Shown one piece after another: positions 61,349-64,000 of a stretch of 64,000 bases of DNA. Below the pieces are notes generated by a model. That model ran no database searches. It had not been told where the DNA came from and worked only from the letters and a program-made list of their open reading frames with translations. Origin of the DNA: an uncultured Rhodospirillaceae bacterium. Its GTDB lineage: Bacteria > Pseudomonadota > Alphaproteobacteria > MPNO01 > UBA2964. The position numbers were made by a program, and so were the translations under genes. The stretch is taken from positions 21,534 to 85,533 of the forward strand of contig CAZBKQ010000007.1 in assembly GCA_964492555.1 (NCBI GenBank), given 5' to 3'. The first letter of the stretch is position 1, and each line of letters starts with the position of its first letter.

Positions 61349-62179
61349 ATGCCCGAACTGCCCGAAGTTGAAACCGTTCGCACCGGCCTTGCCGTCGTCA
61401 TGGAAGGTAAACCGATATCGCAGGTGCGCGTTCACCGGGGCGATTTGCGCCGCCCGGTGCCGGAAGGTTTCGCCGCGGCGATAGAGGGGCGGCGGGTGAT
61501 CCGGCTCGGCCGGCGGGCGAAATATCTGCAAATTTTTCTCGATGACGGGCAGGTCGTGCTGGCCCATCTCGGCATGTCGGGGAGAATGGTGATCGATCAA
61601 CAATTCGCGGATACTGACCCGAAATCTAAACACGAACATATTACCTTTCTGGTCGGCAACGGGACCGCCATCCGCTTCGCCGACCCGCGCCGGTTCGGGC
61701 TGGTCGATCTCTGCGCCGAAGTCGTGCTGGCGGAGCATCCGCTGCTCGCCGGGCTGGGGGTGGAGCCTTTATCCAATGAATTCGACGGGGCGTTTCTGGC
61801 CGCCGCGCTCAAGGGCAAGAAAACACCGATCAAGGCGGCTTTGCTGGATCAGCGCATTATCGCCGGGCTCGGCAATATCTATGTGTGCGAGGCGCTCTGG
61901 CTCGCGCGGTTGTCGCCGAGGCGGAGCGCGCACACGGTATCGGGCCAACGCGCCCTGCGTCTCGCCGATGCGGTGAAGTCGGTGCTCATTGACGCCATCG
62001 CGGCGGGCGGCTCGACATTGCGCGATCATGTCGCCCCGAGCGGCGAGATCGGCTATTTCCAGCACAGTTTCAAGGTCTATGGCCGCGAACGCGAGCCCTG
62101 CCCGTCCTGCGCGCGCCCGTTGCGCCGGATCGTTCAGTCCGGGCGATCCACATTTTTTTGCGCCACTTGCCAACGTTGA
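61349..62179 (+). CDS. mutM: Formamidopyrimidine-DNA glycosylase.
   Basis: ORF 61238..62179. The true start is MPELPEVETV (catalytic Pro2) after an AAGGAA RBS. The zinc finger CPSCARPLRR...CATCQR is at the C-terminus. Confidence 0.9.
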   Translation: MPELPEVETVRTGLAVVMEGKPISQVRVHRGDLRRPVPEGFAAAIEGRRVIRLGRRAKYLQIFLDDGQVVLAHLGMSGRMVIDQQFADTDPKSKHEHITFLVGNGTAIRFADPRRFGLVDLCAEVVLAEHPLLAGLGVEPLSNEFDGAFLAAALKGKKTPIKAALLDQRIIAGLGNIYVCEALWLARLSPRRSAHTVSGQRALRLADAVKSVLIDAIAAGGSTLRDHVAPSGEIGYFQHSFKVYGREREPCPSCARPLRRIVQSGRSTFFCATCQR

Positions 62180-62226
62180 TGGGCCGGGCTGTTTCGTTCC
62201 GCAAAGAAATACTCTAGAACCCCGCC

Positions 62227-62631
62227 ATGCGATTTTTCTTCGCCATAGCATTGCTGCTCGCGGCGCTGATGACTCTCGCCCATCCGGTGCGCAGCGATGG
62301 CGGTTTTCTGACCGCGATAGACGATATGCCGCTGGCCGACGGACTTACCGAACAGAAATCTTCCGCCATGGTTTTCGATACCGGCCAAGGGCGCATTTCC
62401 GAAGTCACCGCCACGGGCACTGCGGCTATTGACGCGGTAATGTCATTTTACACCGCTAGCCTGCCGCAACTCGGCTGGTCGGCCGCCGGCAAGAATGTCT
62501 GGCGCCGCAGCGGATCAAAGGCGACGGCGGTCTGGCGGCGCGGCGCGGAAAAGCTGCTTATAGAACTCAAACAGCAGAATGGACGGCTCGAAGCCGGATT
62601 TGTGCTGACACCCATCGATCACAAACCCTGA
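62227..62631 (+). CDS. Hypothetical secreted protein.
   Basis: 134 aa with a signal peptide ([23 protein letters not shown]). I recognise no motif. Confidence 0.45.
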   Translation: MRFFFAIALLLAALMTLAHPVRSDGGFLTAIDDMPLADGLTEQKSSAMVFDTGQGRISEVTATGTAAIDAVMSFYTASLPQLGWSAAGKNVWRRSGSKATAVWRRGAEKLLIELKQQNGRLEAGFVLTPIDHKP

Positions 62632-62645
62632 TAATCGGAGACATC

Positions 62646-63425
62646 ATGACTTTCGAAACCATCCTTGTTGAAACCCGCGGCAATGTCGGGCTGGTGACGC
62701 TGAACCGGCCGGAGGCGCTGAACGCGCTTTCCGACCAGCTTATCGGCGAGCTCGGCCAGGCGCTGGATACGCTGGAGGGCGATGACGCGATCGGCGCCAT
62801 CGTGCTGACCGGGTCTGAAAAGGCCTTTGCCGCCGGCGCCGATATCAAGGAAATGCAGAGCCGTACCTATCCCGAAACCTTTGTTCAGGATTTTATCACC
62901 GATGGCTGGGAACGTGTTTCGCAATGCCGCAAGCCGGTCATTGCCGCTGTCGCCGGTTTCGCCCTTGGCGGCGGGTGCGAGGTGGCGATGATGTGCGATT
63001 TCATCCTTGCCGCGGAAACCGCCAGGTTTGGCCAGCCGGAGATCAAGATCGGGGTGACGCCGGGCGCCGGCGGCAGCCAGCGCCTGACCCGCGCGGTCGG
63101 CAAGGCCAAATCGATGGAAATGTGCCTCACCGGCCGGATGATGGATGCGGAAGAGGCCGAACGCGCCGGGCTTGTCTCGCGCATCGTCGCCGCCGATGAC
63201 CTTGTCGAGGAGGCTGTGAAAACCGCGCAATCGATCGCCGATATGTCCCTGCCCGCCGCCATGATGGTGAAGGAACAGGTCAACCGTGCCTTTGAGACCA
63301 CGCTGAGCGAGGGGGTGCGTTATGAACGGCGCCTGTTCCAGTCGCTTTTCGGCACGCCCGATCAGATTGAGGGAATGGCGGCCTTTACCGAAAAGCGAAA
63401 GCCGGAATTCGGTAAAAAAGGCTGA
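62646..63425 (+). CDS. Enoyl-CoA hydratase (crotonase family).
   Basis: Crotonase fold with the oxyanion and acid-base residues (AGADIKEM...[28 protein letters not shown]). Confidence 0.85.
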   Translation: MTFETILVETRGNVGLVTLNRPEALNALSDQLIGELGQALDTLEGDDAIGAIVLTGSEKAFAAGADIKEMQSRTYPETFVQDFITDGWERVSQCRKPVIAAVAGFALGGGCEVAMMCDFILAAETARFGQPEIKIGVTPGAGGSQRLTRAVGKAKSMEMCLTGRMMDAEEAERAGLVSRIVAADDLVEEAVKTAQSIADMSLPAAMMVKEQVNRAFETTLSEGVRYERRLFQSLFGTPDQIEGMAAFTEKRKPEFGKKG

Positions 63426-63454
63426 AAAAACCGGGGCTTTGGCGTTGGAATTGC

Positions 63455-63482
63455 TTGACGCCGGGGCCCCGGCGCTATAAAA
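63455..63482 (+). promoter_or_regulatory. Putative sigma-70-type promoter of rpsT.
   Basis: TTGACG, a 15 nt spacer, then TATAAA, about 35-40 nt upstream of the rpsT start. The spacer contains the palindrome CCGGGGCCCCGG. Confidence 0.35.
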
Positions 63483-63519
63483 CGCCCGCTTCGCGCCCGG
63501 TGGCGCCAGGAATTGGAAT

Positions 63520-63783
63520 ATGCCGAATATACAATCTGCCAAGAAACGCGTGCGTCAGACCGCCCGCAAAACCGACGTAAACCGCGCCCGGCGCAGCCGT
63601 ATCCGCACCTTTATCAAGAAGGTCGATCTGGCGATTGCGGCGGGCGACAAGTCCGGCGCGGAAGCGGCGCTCAAGGCGGCGCAACCTGAAATCATGCGCG
63701 GGGTCACGCGCGGTGTTGTGCACAAGAATACCGCCTCGCGGAAAATTTCCCGCCTGTCGGCTCAGGTGCGCGCGCTCGGCTGA
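63520..63783 (+). CDS. rpsT: 30S ribosomal protein S20.
   Basis: 87 aa, [35 protein letters not shown]... Confidence 0.95.
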   Translation: MPNIQSAKKRVRQTARKTDVNRARRSRIRTFIKKVDLAIAAGDKSGAEAALKAAQPEIMRGVTRGVVHKNTASRKISRLSAQVRALG

Positions 63784-63806
63784 CGGACCGCAAAACGAGA
63801 GTTCGA

Positions 63807-63835
63807 AACCCGCTCCCCTGGAGCGGGTTTTTTTG
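63807..63835 (+). terminator. Rho-independent terminator of rpsT.
   Basis: CCCGCTCC-cct-GGAGCGGG perfect 8 bp GC-rich stem followed by TTTTTTT, 25 nt after the stop. Confidence 0.7.
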
Positions 63836-64000
63836 TTCTCCGGCACGACCCGTTGCTGTTTAGGGGCATCCGATGCCACCCGAATTCAGGATAGTCTCTC
63901 AACTGATTGAAGAGTCGTGACATTTTTGATTTCACAATTTTGTCAATAAAAAAATTTGCATTTTTTTGTCCGGAAAGCGTTGCAGTCTACGGGTCTCCGC

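Noticed and set aside
63797-63836. GTTCGAAACC...GGAGCGGG resembling a tRNA T-arm.
   Set aside because: There is no acceptor stem or anticodon arm. It is the rpsT intrinsic terminator hairpin followed by a T-run.

Overview
This 64 kb window looks like core chromosome of a high-GC (about 65 %) alphaproteobacterium. It is densely packed with housekeeping operons. I found no rRNA, tRNA, CRISPR array, IS element, integrase or phage gene. Gene order from left to right: (1) a complete phosphate regulon block on the minus strand, phoR-[tandem Pho boxes]-pstSCAB-phoU-phoB, with phoB truncated at the window edge; (2) maeB divergent from mutS; (3) glnD-murJ, then trpS; (4) a TSUP/TauE permease, a conserved alphaproteobacterial hypothetical and a UspA protein; (5) a 300 bp AT-rich spacer, then a Bax/FlgJ-like glucosaminidase, a polysaccharide deacetylase and a VanX-like dipeptidase; (6) tsaB-rimI, a TusA-like gene and a Cys-less Fur paralog; (7) olsB-olsA (ornithine lipid synthesis); (8) miaB-phoH(ybeZ)-ybeY-corC-lnt; (9) an XRE regulator, then metK-trmB; (10) rimP-nusA-(YlxR/L7Ae fusion)-infB-rbfA-truB-rpsO-pnp; (11) a GDPD-family gene and fabA-fabB-fabI-irr; (12) rubrerythrin, a CCG-domain Fe-S protein and DUF3501; (13) tctC, an SH3 protein and a 2-hydroxyacid dehydrogenase; (14) on the minus strand an MBL lactonase-like gene, coaBC-dut, a MoeB/ThiF E1-like gene and a DsrE-like gene; (15) ubiE-ubiB, mutM, enoyl-CoA hydratase and rpsT. 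rpsT is followed by a clean terminator and an AT-rich stretch that is plausibly the dnaA upstream region. I do not see a self-contained novel system such as a defence island, toxin-antitoxin pair or mobile element. The most unusual items are: an iron and oxidative-stress neighbourhood (irr, a PerR/Fur-like operator, rubrerythrin, HdrD-like Fe-S protein, DUF3501); a translationally coupled MoeB-like E1 plus DsrE-like pair; the TSUP-hypothetical-Usp trio; an AT-rich spacer carrying CtrA-like and DnaA-box-like motifs in front of a cell-wall hydrolase cluster; and two long perfect or near-perfect hairpins in the 5' leaders of tctC and mutM. Caveat: CDS coordinates follow the supplied ORF track, and start refinements are done arithmetically within those frames. 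Motif coordinates were counted by eye and may be off by 1-2 nt.
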